Positions 1 through 10,075 of a stretch of 64,000 nt of DNA are shown piece by piece. Positions within the stretch are counted from its first letter, which is position 1; each line of letters begins with the position of its first letter. The notes below the pieces were generated by a model, which ran no database searches, had not been told where the DNA came from, and saw nothing but the letters and a program-made list of their open reading frames with translations. The position numbers and the translations under genes were made by a program. The stretch is taken from assembly GCA_964650255.1 (NCBI GenBank), contig CAZYQT010000004.1, positions 6,501 to 70,500 on the forward strand, in the 5' to 3' direction. The DNA is from an uncultured Candidatus Saccharibacteria bacterium. GTDB lineage: Bacteria; Patescibacteriota; Doudnabacteria; UBA920.

Positions 1-969
1 ATTCATACCAATATTAATTAACACTTGGGTGAGAAATAAAAACAAAATGCCGCCGGTAATGTACATAGCCAAGTCATCACGGGCGTACTTCATAATTTTT
101 AAGAGCCGTCGGAACAACACGTAATACAAAAATAGTAGCACCCCCGCACCAACAAAACCAATCTCCTCCGATGCGGAGGCAAAAATAAAGTCAGTCTGTC
201 TTTCTGGCAAAAACTTAAGTTGACTCTGCAGACCACGACCTAATCCACGCCCAAACACTTCCCCACTACCTACAGCGATGATCGCTTGCCGCACATTATA
301 ACCCTTCCCCTTAGGGTCCTTGTCTGGATTTAAAAATACTTCAACGCGCTCCTTCTGATAATCGCGTGCAGCAAACTGCCACGTTAATCCAGCAGCCACG
401 AGCATGAAAGCTAAAAATATTAATATATAAGTCTTCTTCAACGGGCTAATTAACATGATGCCGAACCATACTGCCATCACAATTGCCGACGACCCCAAGT
501 CAGGTTCAAAGAAAATTAACCCTGCTGGCACTGCAGCGTAAAAGAACATCAGCAAAAAGTTTTTCCAAGAATTAATTTGCCCTCGGTTTAAATATAGCCA
601 TCGCGAAAGACCAATCCCAACAATCACCTTGGCTAATTCTGCAGGCTGCAACTGGAAGAACCCAAAGTCGATCCAACGAGCACTCCCACGAATTGGGTCA
701 CCAAAAGCAATCAGATAAATTAAAAATAAAATTAGTATCAAATAACCCCAACGGTTAAGCTTTGCCAAGCGGTGATAATTGTATGAAGCAAAAAGTAAAA
801 ATAAAATTACCCCTGCGATCGAAAAAACCAGTTGGCGATAAAATATATTTAAAGTCCCGCCCGACAAAGATACAGCGTATTGAACAGCGAGCCCTATTAA
901 GAGCAACAAGCCGCTGACAATTAGCAGCGGCGTGTCAAAGTATTTTAACCGGTTAAAAATTGAGGTCAT
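1..969 (-). CDS. rodA: Rod shape-determining SEDS protein RodA (FtsW/RodA/SpoVE), 3' end runs off window
   Basis: Manual minus-strand translation from ATG at 969 (MTSIFNRLKYFD...) contains RWIDFGFFQLQPAE, EPDLGS, GYNVRQAIIAVGSG, FLPERQTDFIF and QVLINIGMN; overlaps upstream ORF stop by 17 nt. Confidence 0.9.
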   Translation of the reverse strand, partial: MTSIFNRLKYFDTPLLIVSGLLLLIGLAVQYAVSLSGGTLNIFYRQLVFSIAGVILFLLFASYNYHRLAKLNRWGYLILILFLIYLIAFGDPIRGSARWIDFGFFQLQPAELAKVIVGIGLSRWLYLNRGQINSWKNFLLMFFYAAVPAGLIFFEPDLGSSAIVMAVWFGIMLISPLKKTYILIFLAFMLVAAGLTWQFAARDYQKERVEVFLNPDKDPKGKGYNVRQAIIAVGSGEVFGRGLGRGLQSQLKFLPERQTDFIFASASEEIGFVGAGVLLFLYYVLFRRLLKIMKYARDDLAMYITGGILFLFLTQVLINIGMN

Positions 970-1852
970 CGTCGAATGGATTGTCTGTTGGAGGAGAATT
1001 GTCCACTGGGACTTTATCTGTAGTGATATTCTGCGGGTCTAAAGGGTTAGTAAAAGGTATCACCTGGACCTTTTTTACTTGAGACTTGTACAGTCCTGGC
1101 CAAAGTTGTTTGTAAGCCCGACGACCATTAGGTTTGAGCTGGTTTTCATCACGCTGACTTACTCCAATAATTTTCCCCGATTCATCGTAAAGCAAAAAGA
1201 CAATTCTAGCTGTACTAATTTGGTATGGGCTGTCATTTATAATCGAACCTTCTACAATGAAAGTAAGAGGATTGGCTTCGTCAGTCAAAATTGGCTCAGA
1301 AGCACGGAGTTTTACCTCGGGAACATTGAGCTTCTTTTGCCACTTTACTTCAGACAGCTTTATGGTGCCGGAGGTAATTGCAGTAGAGCTATCAATTTTT
1401 GGGAATACAATATATTTTTTGTCATTCGGGACCAAGAAAAACGTCCCGCTCGGGTTATAAACAGTTTGCTTATTGCTATTAAAAAAGGAGGCTGTGTAAC
1501 TAATGTTTGCAGCCGAAAGCTCGATGTTCGGATTAGTTATCATCACCACAGCGCTATAAGTACCGTTAGGATTTTGCAATATGGTCATAGGACCGACTAC
1601 GGGCTGCTGGGTATTTTTCTTTGCAGGATGTGCAACTAAAGATTGTCGCCCATACTTTTGAGCAAGATATTGCTCTGTGCCTATTCTGGCAATTAGATAT
1701 GCGGGAACAATACTTATTGCCACAATCAAAATAACCCACTGTTTCCAGCGAGGCATATTCTTGAACTGCGTTACAAACGAAAATCCCCCCTCTTGGACCC
1801 CGAGTAGTGCGCCTTGAACATTAACTTGAACAGACTCTTTTATACCAGCCAT
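953..1852 (-). CDS. Membrane-anchored protein with FxLYD-type Ig-like domains
   Basis: One N-terminal TM helix, two beta-rich repeats, FLLYDESGKIIG motif. Confidence 0.6.
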   Translation of the reverse strand: MAGIKESVQVNVQGALLGVQEGGFSFVTQFKNMPRWKQWVILIVAISIVPAYLIARIGTEQYLAQKYGRQSLVAHPAKKNTQQPVVGPMTILQNPNGTYSAVVMITNPNIELSAANISYTASFFNSNKQTVYNPSGTFFLVPNDKKYIVFPKIDSSTAITSGTIKLSEVKWQKKLNVPEVKLRASEPILTDEANPLTFIVEGSIINDSPYQISTARIVFLLYDESGKIIGVSQRDENQLKPNGRRAYKQLWPGLYKSQVKKVQVIPFTNPLDPQNITTDKVPVDNSPPTDNPFDDDLNF

Positions 1853-1903
1853 TTGGTTATGTTATGATAGATTTAGTATATCAAAAAATCCTTTGTTTTT
1901 CTA

Positions 1904-4900
1904 ATGTTTACCCATCTCCACTGCCACTCTCATTACTCCCTATTAGACGGATTATCCAAAATCCCCGATTTAGTCGAAGCAGCCAAGGCCGATGGCCAAA
2001 CAAGTCTGGCGATCACAGACCACGGGGTTATGTATGGGGTGATCGATTTTTATAATGAGTGTAATTCTGCGGGCATAAAACCGATTATTGGGATGGAAGC
2101 GTACATTGCGCCACGCTCTATGGCAGACAAGGAAGGAAAAAGTGATGCCGATTACTTCCACATGACTCTGTTAGCAGAGACATATCAAGGATACTTAAAC
2201 CTAATTGCCCTGACTAGCATTGCCCATCAAGAAGGGTTCTACTACAAACCCCGCTTAGACTTAAAAACTTTAAAAGAAAATGCTACGGGTCTGATTGCGC
2301 TGTCAGGCTGTCCTAGAGGACACATTCCTCGTGCATTCGGACAAAGCGATGCTGCAGCTGAGGACCAGCTCAGGATAATGTTAGACATATTCGGCCCTAA
2401 CAACTTTTTTTTGGAACTGCAGAGAAACGCGAATGATGGTCATGAAATTCAGCCTAATGAAAAGTTAGTAGAACTCGGTAAAAAATTTGGAGTTCCAACC
2501 GTAGCAACCCAAGATTGCCACTACATAAGCAAAGATGATGTCGAAGCCCAGGACATTATGGTCTGTATTGGTACCGGCAAGACCGTAGATGACCCGAAAC
2601 GCCTGGACATGCGCGGTCACGACTTAAGCTTGCGTTCTCAACACGAGATGGCAGAAGTTTTTAAAGATTTACCTGAGGCCATTGCGAACACTCAAGTAAT
2701 TGCTGACCGATGCAACGTAACTATTCCAATTGGGCAAAGATTATTTCCGAAAGTAAAGCTCCCGCCGGGGACTACACCAGAAGAGCAGCTCACTAAAGTT
2801 GTAAATCAACTCGCCGGCCCACTCTATGGAGTGAACAATGTTGTCCCGCTTGAGATTCAAGAACGAATTGACTACGAACTAGATATCATCAACCAAAAAG
2901 GATTTGCTCCTTACTTTTTAATGGTGGCAAATGTGGTAAAAGGTGCGCATGAATTAGGTGCAATTACCAACACTAGGGGTAGTGCTGCGGGTTCGATTGT
3001 TGGAAAGATTTTGGCAATTACTAATATTGACCCGCTGTACTATCAACTACCATTCGAACGATTCCTTACAAAAGACCGTCCGACTCCACCAGATATTGAT
3101 TTGGATATTGCTGATGACCGTCGCGATGAAGTAATCGCTTGGATGACCAATGAATATGGACACGATAAAGTCGCGCAAATTATTACCTTTGGGACAATGA
3201 AGGCACGCGCTGTTGTTCGCGATGTTGGTCGTGCCTTAGCTATTCCGTACGGCAAATGTGACCGCATTGCCAAAATGATCCCAATCGGCAAACAAGGTTT
3301 TGAAATGACTCTAGAAAAAGCCCTTGGCTTAAGTGTTGAACTCAAAACTATATACGACACGGACGCAGAGACCAAACATATTATTGATGTTGCTCGCAAA
3401 CTAGAAGGGTGCGTTCGTCATGCTTCAGTGCATGCGGCTGGAATCGTAATTACACCAACACCGTTAATCGATAACATCCCGGTACAAACTGAACCAGACG
3501 GTAATCGATTAATCACACAATACGACATGTACGCGCTCGACCCTAATGCCAATATTGAAGCGATAGGTGCAATTAAGATTGACCTTCTCGGAATCCGCAA
3601 TCTTTCTATTTTAGAAAAAGCGGTTAAGCTTGTAAAAATCCGTCATGGTATCGATATTGATATTTTGAATCTCCCCCACCCCGACCCAAAAACTTTCGAC
3701 ATGCTATGTAAAGGGTTAACGTTTGGCGTGTTTCAATTAGGATCATCTGGTATGACTCGCTACTTAAAAGAATTGCGGCCAAGCAACATTTTTGAGATCT
3801 CCGCTATGGTCGCACTATATCGCCCAGGTCCAATGCAATTTATTCCTGACTACATTGCTCGCAAACACAATCCAAAATTAATTTCCTATCTTGACCCCGA
3901 ACTGGAACGTATCCTTAGTCGTACCTATGGGATTTTAATCTACCAGGATGACCTTTTGATAATTGCGCATGATCTAGCTGGATATTCCTGGGAAGAGGTG
4001 GATAAATTCCGTAAAGCAGTGGGTAAAAAAATTCCTGCAGAAATGGCCAAGCAAAAAGAGAAATTCATCAAGGGGTGTATTTCGACTTCAGGCTGGACTG
4101 AACAAAAAGCCAATCAAATCTGGACATGGATTGAACCGTTTGCAGCTTATGGTTTTAACAAATCACATTCAGCCAGCTACGCACTGGTTGGGTATCAGAC
4201 TGCTTACATGAAAGCCAACTTTGGGGTGGAGTTCATGGCCGCACTTATGACCGCTGAGTCTGCTGATGAAGATAAAATTTATGCCGCCGTTGAAGAGTGC
4301 AAAAAAATGGGCATAGCAGTTTTACCGCCAGACGTAACAGAAAGCTACGGTGACTTTACTGTTGTTGGCGATACAACTATTCGCTTTGGATTACGTGCGA
4401 TAAAAAACCTGGGTTCTGATGTTGTTCGAAAAATTATTGATTGTCATAAAGCGAAAATTAAATTTGACAGTTTAGAAGATTTTTTGATTAATTGTTATAC
4501 AAAAAACTTAAACAAAAAATCTTGGGAAGCCCTGGTTAAATCGGGAGCAATGGACAGCTTTGGAGAGCGCGGTCAACTCCTTGCTAGCACCGAACGAGTG
4601 CTCGACTTTTTACGAGACCATTTTAAACAAGATAATTATGGCCAAAACTCATTGTTTGGAGCCAGTTTACAAATTGGTAAGTTAAAACTGCAGGATAATT
4701 TTACGCCAGCCACCAAAGAAGAAAAACTGGGTTGGGAAAAAGAGCATCTCGGATTATTTGTATCCGCTCATCCTTTAGATTCCTATGCAGATGTACTCAA
4801 AGGATTTACCCCAATTAGTTCACTGATAGCTTCAGAAGATGGACGCAATGTGTTGATAGGCGGACTAATCTCTAAGTTTAAACGGACCCTAACTAAAAAG

Positions 4901-5359
4901 AACGACCCCATGGCTTTTTTTACCCTCCAAGATTTAACCGGAAACATGGAAGTACTGGTATTTCCAAAAATTATGGTCCAAGCCCTACCATTTTTGGACC
5001 TAGATAGAGTCGTGCAAGTTAAAGGTCGGATTTCAGATAAAGATGGAGAGCGCAAAATTATCGCCGAAGAAATTAAAGATATCGTGAGTGACGAGCTCTA
5101 CACGATGGCACTGTCAGAAATGGAAAAACACAAACAAATTGTTATCCATATGCACAACATTCACAACACCGATGCTCTCAATCAAATTAAGGATTTACTG
5201 GCAGCCAATCCTGGGAATGCCCAGGTGTACTTAAATGTTGGCGAAGCCGGAGCTGGGAAAACTATTAAAACTCAGTCCCAAGTCAGAATTTCGCAAGAGT
5301 TGCTCGTTGAGTTGCGGCGAGTGCCAGATGTGGTGACGATTACTGACACATTAAATTAA
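1904..5359 (+). CDS. dnaE: DNA polymerase III alpha subunit
   Basis: PHP domain HLHCHSHYSLLDG, RGSAAGS, catalytic PPDIDLD, YGFNKSHS, C-terminal OB fold. Confidence 0.98.
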   Translation: MFTHLHCHSHYSLLDGLSKIPDLVEAAKADGQTSLAITDHGVMYGVIDFYNECNSAGIKPIIGMEAYIAPRSMADKEGKSDADYFHMTLLAETYQGYLNLIALTSIAHQEGFYYKPRLDLKTLKENATGLIALSGCPRGHIPRAFGQSDAAAEDQLRIMLDIFGPNNFFLELQRNANDGHEIQPNEKLVELGKKFGVPTVATQDCHYISKDDVEAQDIMVCIGTGKTVDDPKRLDMRGHDLSLRSQHEMAEVFKDLPEAIANTQVIADRCNVTIPIGQRLFPKVKLPPGTTPEEQLTKVVNQLAGPLYGVNNVVPLEIQERIDYELDIINQKGFAPYFLMVANVVKGAHELGAITNTRGSAAGSIVGKILAITNIDPLYYQLPFERFLTKDRPTPPDIDLDIADDRRDEVIAWMTNEYGHDKVAQIITFGTMKARAVVRDVGRALAIPYGKCDRIAKMIPIGKQGFEMTLEKALGLSVELKTIYDTDAETKHIIDVARKLEGCVRHASVHAAGIVITPTPLIDNIPVQTEPDGNRLITQYDMYALDPNANIEAIGAIKIDLLGIRNLSILEKAVKLVKIRHGIDIDILNLPHPDPKTFDMLCKGLTFGVFQLGSSGMTRYLKELRPSNIFEISAMVALYRPGPMQFIPDYIARKHNPKLISYLDPELERILSRTYGILIYQDDLLIIAHDLAGYSWEEVDKFRKAVGKKIPAEMAKQKEKFIKGCISTSGWTEQKANQIWTWIEPFAAYGFNKSHSASYALVGYQTAYMKANFGVEFMAALMTAESADEDKIYAAVEECKKMGIAVLPPDVTESYGDFTVVGDTTIRFGLRAIKNLGSDVVRKIIDCHKAKIKFDSLEDFLINCYTKNLNKKSWEALVKSGAMDSFGERGQLLASTERVLDFLRDHFKQDNYGQNSLFGASLQIGKLKLQDNFTPATKEEKLGWEKEHLGLFVSAHPLDSYADVLKGFTPISSLIASEDGRNVLIGGLISKFKRTLTKKNDPMAFFTLQDLTGNMEVLVFPKIMVQALPFLDLDRVVQVKGRISDKDGERKIIAEEIKDIVSDELYTMALSEMEKHKQIVIHMHNIHNTDALNQIKDLLAANPGNAQVYLNVGEAGAGKTIKTQSQVRISQELLVELRRVPDVVTITDTLN

Positions 5360-5397
5360 CACTTGACTTTAACGAGGAAATTATATATTATGTGACT

Positions 5398-5620
5398 GAA
5401 ACAGACTTACTGTCTATTTCTTCTCAAAGTGTCAATTCGTTGACCATCTCGATTGTTGTACCCCGTGTCAGGGTTCAATAGGTAATTTGCAGCAATCGAG
5501 TTGCACTATTTGTTTCTATCATATTTCAAGAGGGTTTATATTCTTTGCCACGTTCAGTTTACTGTTCGTTTATGTTCTCCGCTTGCCCGCCATTCAAGTC
5601 CATTAGGCGGGCCTTTTTTT
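5398..5620 (+). ncRNA. Candidate stand-alone structured RNA A
   Basis: TTGACT-17-TATTAT promoter (5363-5391), UUCG hairpin 5431-5444, 13-bp helix 5448-5460/5488-5500 with G-U pairs on + strand, terminator 5585-5620, no convincing ORF. Confidence 0.5.
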
Positions 5621-5653
5621 GCCCAAATTTTAGGTATATGCTATATTTACATT

Positions 5654-5846
5654 AGCCTTTTAAGGTAAGTTCATTGAGTGGTGATGCGACTACCAACCGC
5701 GGAGCTCAAACGAATTGAATATCTAAAAGTCCTAGCTATAGAGCTGGGAGAACTGGGACGGAACCGTCTATTAAAAAAGACCCCGGGAGATACTGATCAA
5801 CAAGTCCTCAATAATTGATCAATATCTTTTGGAGTCTTTTTGTTTT
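5654..5846 (+). promoter_or_regulatory. Minimal T-box riboswitch (Thr specifier ACC), transcriptional
   Basis: K-turn Stem I 5674-5709 with apical loop ACUACCAAC; Stem III 5730-5749; antiterminator CUGGG-ACGGAACC-GUCU...AGAC-CCCGG (5753-5786) overlapping a terminator (about 5774-5846) directly before thrS. Confidence 0.75.
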
Positions 5847-5863
5847 ATTAACTAATTTATTGT

Positions 5864-7642
5864 ATGCCAAACCAACAATCTACAAACTCTGGCAATCTTA
5901 CCAACAAAAGACATTCCCTGGCGCATCTTCTCGCTAGCGCGCTTTTAGAAATGCAGCCGGAAACACAGCTTGGCATTGGTCCGGTTATTGATAATGGTTT
6001 TTATTACGATGTCATTACCCCCAAACCAATCACTCCGGACGATTTGCCGAAACTACAAAAACGTATGCAGGAATTGGCTAAGAGCAAACTCGGCTTTGAT
6101 CGCGAGGAAATGTCTTTTGAAGATGCCAAAAAGTTTTTTGAAGAACGCAAACAACCGTTTAAAGTTGAACTGATTTCCGATTTAGAAAAATCAGGTGAAG
6201 TGGATAACGTTAGCTTGTATAAAACTGGTAGTTTTGTGGACCTCTGCCGTGGTGGTCACGTTGAAAATACATCAGACATTGATCCGAACAGTTTCCAGTT
6301 AGATAAAATCGCTGGGGCTTATTGGCGCGGGGATGAAACCAAGCCTATGATGACCCGTATATACGGACTAGCCTTTAACAATGTTGATGAACTTGGCGGT
6401 TACTTAACCATGCGTGAGGAAGCTGAGAAGCGCGACCACAAAAAACTTGGACCGGAATTAGACTTGTTTTTATTCTCAGACTTAGTCGGTTCTGGATTAC
6501 CACTCTGGACACCGAAAGGGACCTTAGTACGAGACTTACTAGATAACTTTGTTTGGGAAATGCGCCAAGCGCGCGGTTACGAACGAGTTACTATTCCCCA
6601 CATCACCAAAAAAGATCTGTACGAAAAAAGTGGTCACTGGGACAAATTCAAAGATGAGTTGTTTCGCATTAAAACTCGTGAAGGCCATGAGTTTGCAATG
6701 AAGCCTATGAACTGTCCGCATCATACCCAAATATACAACCGCAAACGCTGGAGCTACCGCGAATTACCACAACGCTATGCCAACACCACCATGGTTTATA
6801 GAGATGAACAATCCGGAGAACTTGGCGGATTGAGCCGTGTGCGCAGCATCACCCAAGATGATGCTCATGTCTTTTGCCGAATGTCGCAGGCCAAAGAAGA
6901 AAGTAACACCATTTGGGATATTATTGAAACCCTATACAAAACTCTCGGATTTTCTGATTTAAAAGTGCGACTTTCTAAGCGTGACCCTGAGGCACCGGAA
7001 AAGTACCTTGGCAGCACCGAGTCCTGGGATTCAGCAGAAAAAACTCTACAAGAAGTAGCTGATAGCCGTGGAGTGGAGGTTATTGAAGGGATCGGTGAAG
7101 CAGCATTTTACGGACCAAAGTTAGACTTCATGGCAAAAGATGCCTTGGGCCGAGAACATCAAGTAGCTACAATTCAGTTAGACTTTAACCAGCCGGAACG
7201 ATTCGATTTATTCTGTATTAATGAGTCTGGCGAACAAGAACGCATCGTGATGATCCACGCAGCGATTATGGGTTCCTTGGAACGATTCTTGGCTGTTCTA
7301 ATTGAACACACAGCTGGTAATTTCCCAACTTGGCTCTCGCCTATTCAAACAGTTGTTGTGCCAGTTTCGGAAAAGCAAAATGATTACGCGCAAAGTGTGG
7401 TTGAAAAACTTAAAATGCAAATTCCTGATTTGCGCATCGAGCTTGATCTTCGCAGTGAATCTATGGGCAAACGAATTCGCGAAGCATCAAAACAAAAAGT
7501 ACCGTACATTTTGGTTGTTGGCGATAAAGAAATTGAAAGCCAAAGCGTTTCTGTGCGCGGCCGCGGTGATGAAGATTTAGGTACTCAACCGCTGGATGAT
7601 TTTGCTCAAAAATTAAAAATAGAAATTTCTGAAAAGCAATAA
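5864..7642 (+). CDS. thrS: Threonine--tRNA ligase (lacks N-terminal TGS domain)
   Basis: RHSLAH editing motif, DLCRGGH, KPMNCPHH, AFYGPK, QLDF, GSLERF. Confidence 0.98.
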   Translation: MPNQQSTNSGNLTNKRHSLAHLLASALLEMQPETQLGIGPVIDNGFYYDVITPKPITPDDLPKLQKRMQELAKSKLGFDREEMSFEDAKKFFEERKQPFKVELISDLEKSGEVDNVSLYKTGSFVDLCRGGHVENTSDIDPNSFQLDKIAGAYWRGDETKPMMTRIYGLAFNNVDELGGYLTMREEAEKRDHKKLGPELDLFLFSDLVGSGLPLWTPKGTLVRDLLDNFVWEMRQARGYERVTIPHITKKDLYEKSGHWDKFKDELFRIKTREGHEFAMKPMNCPHHTQIYNRKRWSYRELPQRYANTTMVYRDEQSGELGGLSRVRSITQDDAHVFCRMSQAKEESNTIWDIIETLYKTLGFSDLKVRLSKRDPEAPEKYLGSTESWDSAEKTLQEVADSRGVEVIEGIGEAAFYGPKLDFMAKDALGREHQVATIQLDFNQPERFDLFCINESGEQERIVMIHAAIMGSLERFLAVLIEHTAGNFPTWLSPIQTVVVPVSEKQNDYAQSVVEKLKMQIPDLRIELDLRSESMGKRIREASKQKVPYILVVGDKEIESQSVSVRGRGDEDLGTQPLDDFAQKLKIEISEKQ

Positions 7643-7644
7643 CT

Positions 7645-7669
7645 AAAACCCCGCATATGCGGGGTTTTT
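7645..7669. terminator. Bidirectional intrinsic terminator
   Basis: AAAACCCCGC-ATAT-GCGGGGTTTT between convergent genes. Confidence 0.85.
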
Positions 7670-7679
7670 AAATTGTTAA

Positions 7680-8636
7680 TTATTCACTTTGACCACTTCT
7701 ATATTCTACCGGGACAGCCTTACCTTGCGCATCTATAAACTTGCCCTTATCTAAGGGCAAAAGTCCTGTCTGGGCAGCCCATACAACTCCTACTATTACT
7801 AAAATCATTGCGATAGGCGCAAAGATCGCTAACCCTATCATCATGCTTCGACCTGTGTTTGGAACTTCAATGTCAGCCTTCAAAGTTTTAAATTGTTTGA
7901 ACAACACATAACTAAACGCAACATAAAATGGAGCGGTTGCAAGACTAACAAGATAATTTAAAATATCACCGGCACCATTGGCACCAGATGCGTCTAATAT
8001 TTTCGTAAAAATCGAAACAACGATTGAGACACCGATAGCAACAAGGATTAACACAATAATCCGACCGAACACTGGCCACCAATACCCTTTTACATATTCT
8101 TTGCTGGCCAATAGAGCGTTTAGACCTTGCTTATGATCGAGTAGTGCAAAATAAGTACTGAAAACCAAGAACACAGACATTATAATCCCTGGGATAACTA
8201 GCAAGGCAAAGGCACCAAAGGTTACCAAGCCCTGCAGGATTATGACGATGAATAGCGAACGGATAAATGCTTTAGATTTGTGCAAAGCTTTCTGCAAACC
8301 AACTTCGCCAGCAGGCAAATCATAAACAAATATTTGCGCGCCTTGGACCCAAATAGAATAGGCAATTACTGCGACTACAAACACCAAACCAATCAACACT
8401 GAAATAATTATTGTACCAGGATTAGTGGGGTCTTTTTGCAACCAATAACCTAGTCCAATAGCAACTAGCCCGGCAACAACCCAAACAGCAATATTCAACA
8501 GTTGCAATAAGAAAGAAGTCTTAAATCGGGAGGTGTATAAATCCCACGTATCTTTAAACAGGATGCCGACACCGGGTAATTTGCCTTCAAAAGCACTGAA
8601 TTGCCCATCTGAATTTTGGTTGTTTTCGTTGCTCAT
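7680..8636 (-). CDS. Multi-pass membrane protein of unknown function
   Basis: About 7 hydrophobic helices; ALLASKEYVKGYWWPVFGR resembles the motif of GDPD-membrane-anchor-like families. Confidence 0.6.
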   Translation of the reverse strand: MSNENNQNSDGQFSAFEGKLPGVGILFKDTWDLYTSRFKTSFLLQLLNIAVWVVAGLVAIGLGYWLQKDPTNPGTIIISVLIGLVFVVAVIAYSIWVQGAQIFVYDLPAGEVGLQKALHKSKAFIRSLFIVIILQGLVTFGAFALLVIPGIIMSVFLVFSTYFALLDHKQGLNALLASKEYVKGYWWPVFGRIIVLILVAIGVSIVVSIFTKILDASGANGAGDILNYLVSLATAPFYVAFSYVLFKQFKTLKADIEVPNTGRSMMIGLAIFAPIAMILVIVGVVWAAQTGLLPLDKGKFIDAQGKAVPVEYRSGQSE

Positions 8637-8684
8637 ATAATTATGTTGTTTACTAATCAGTAAGTTTATTATAGCACTTTTGGC

Positions 8685-9443
8685 CTAGGTAAGCACTTTT
8701 ACCCCGGTTTTAGTAACCGCGATTGTATGTTCAAAATGCGCAGCTAACCCGCCATCGTGGGTGCGGACAGTCCAGCCATCGGTATCAAAAAATACCCTGG
8801 GTTTTAATTGGCAAACCATTGGCTCAATGGCCAATACCATGTTTTCAACTAACTCAATCCCCTTACCAGGCTTGCCGTACCCTGGCACAGACGGGTCTTC
8901 ATGCACAGCATAACCAACGCCATGCCCAACAAGATCGCGAACTGTAGAAAAATCTGCATCTTCCACAGTGCTTTGAATGGCAAACCCAATATCACCAATG
9001 TGATTTCCTGGCTTAACAACCTTCAAAGCATTTTCTAATGCTTGCTCCGTAACTTTAATAAGCCGTTCAGCTAAATGCGAAACTTTACCCACTGGCACAG
9101 TTATTGCTGTGTCCGTATACAACCTTTTATATTCCATGCCTATGTCGAGGCCAAGGATGTCCCCTTCTTCTAAAATATCCTGTTTTGATGGCACGCCGTG
9201 GACCACTGCGTCGTTAATCGAAGTGCACAAACCAGCAGGGAATGGATTTCTGCGATCGCCATAACCAATAAAGCTAGGGCGGCCGCCGGCTTTGATCATT
9301 TCCTTTTCTGCGAACTCGTTAATTTCCCAAGTGGAAATACCGGGTTTGGCCTTGGCGGCCGCCCGGTGCAGAATATCACGAAGGATCTTACCACCTTCGT
9401 TTATTAGTTTTATCTCATCGGGAGTTTTAGTATATCGTTTCAT
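8685..9443 (-). CDS. map: Type I methionine aminopeptidase
   Basis: CTSINDAVVHG, DTAIT, GHGVG, HEDP, AIEPM, AHFEHT. Confidence 0.97.
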   Translation of the reverse strand: MKRYTKTPDEIKLINEGGKILRDILHRAAAKAKPGISTWEINEFAEKEMIKAGGRPSFIGYGDRRNPFPAGLCTSINDAVVHGVPSKQDILEEGDILGLDIGMEYKRLYTDTAITVPVGKVSHLAERLIKVTEQALENALKVVKPGNHIGDIGFAIQSTVEDADFSTVRDLVGHGVGYAVHEDPSVPGYGKPGKGIELVENMVLAIEPMVCQLKPRVFFDTDGWTVRTHDGGLAAHFEHTIAVTKTGVKVLT

Positions 9444-9449
9444 AACTCG

Positions 9450-10073
9450 CTAACTTTGTCTGGACAAATATTCATCAATGGCTTTTTGAATACGCTTGCG
9501 CACTTCTGTGCGCGTACCTAAACCATCAATATATTTAAAATCGTATTTTGATTTAAAAAACTCAACCACTTCAGCGATATTTTTTCGGTAATACTTTGCC
9601 CGATTGCGAAGTGCTGTAATGCTATCATCAGCGCGTCTATTGAATTTAGTGTTGTAATAGCCTTTGCGCGCTTGAATTCTTTTGATAACTTCAGCCGCTG
9701 GAATTCGCAAATATATTACTAACGGATCTTTGCGTTGGGTTTGTTTTAAATACTTAGCTACAAGTTTTGCTTCGCCAACCATTTTTGGGTGGCCATCAAA
9801 TAAAATTGATTTCGATTGTGGCAACCCCAGCACTACATCACGATTTATTTTTCGAACAATGTTAGTAGGAGTTAATTTCCCTTGGTCATTATTCTTTTCC
9901 ATGACTAACTCAGCAGCTCGATCCTTTTCACGCAGCAAAGTTAGTGCTCGCCCCATGTCGTGATCATACATTTTATACTTCTTGGCAAAATAAGCTCCTT
10001 GAGTGGCCTTTCCCGCACCAGGATCTCCCAAAAGAATCATATTCAGATGCAATTTTTTGCCAGTATTTTTCAT
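9450..10073 (-). CDS. Adenylate-kinase-family NMP kinase (divergent paralog)
   Basis: P-loop GDPGAGKATQ, DGHPK in place of DGFPR, RADD. Confidence 0.8.
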   Translation of the reverse strand: MKNTGKKLHLNMILLGDPGAGKATQGAYFAKKYKMYDHDMGRALTLLREKDRAAELVMEKNNDQGKLTPTNIVRKINRDVVLGLPQSKSILFDGHPKMVGEAKLVAKYLKQTQRKDPLVIYLRIPAAEVIKRIQARKGYYNTKFNRRADDSITALRNRAKYYRKNIAEVVEFFKSKYDFKYIDGLGTRTEVRKRIQKAIDEYLSRQS

Positions 10074-10075
10074 GA

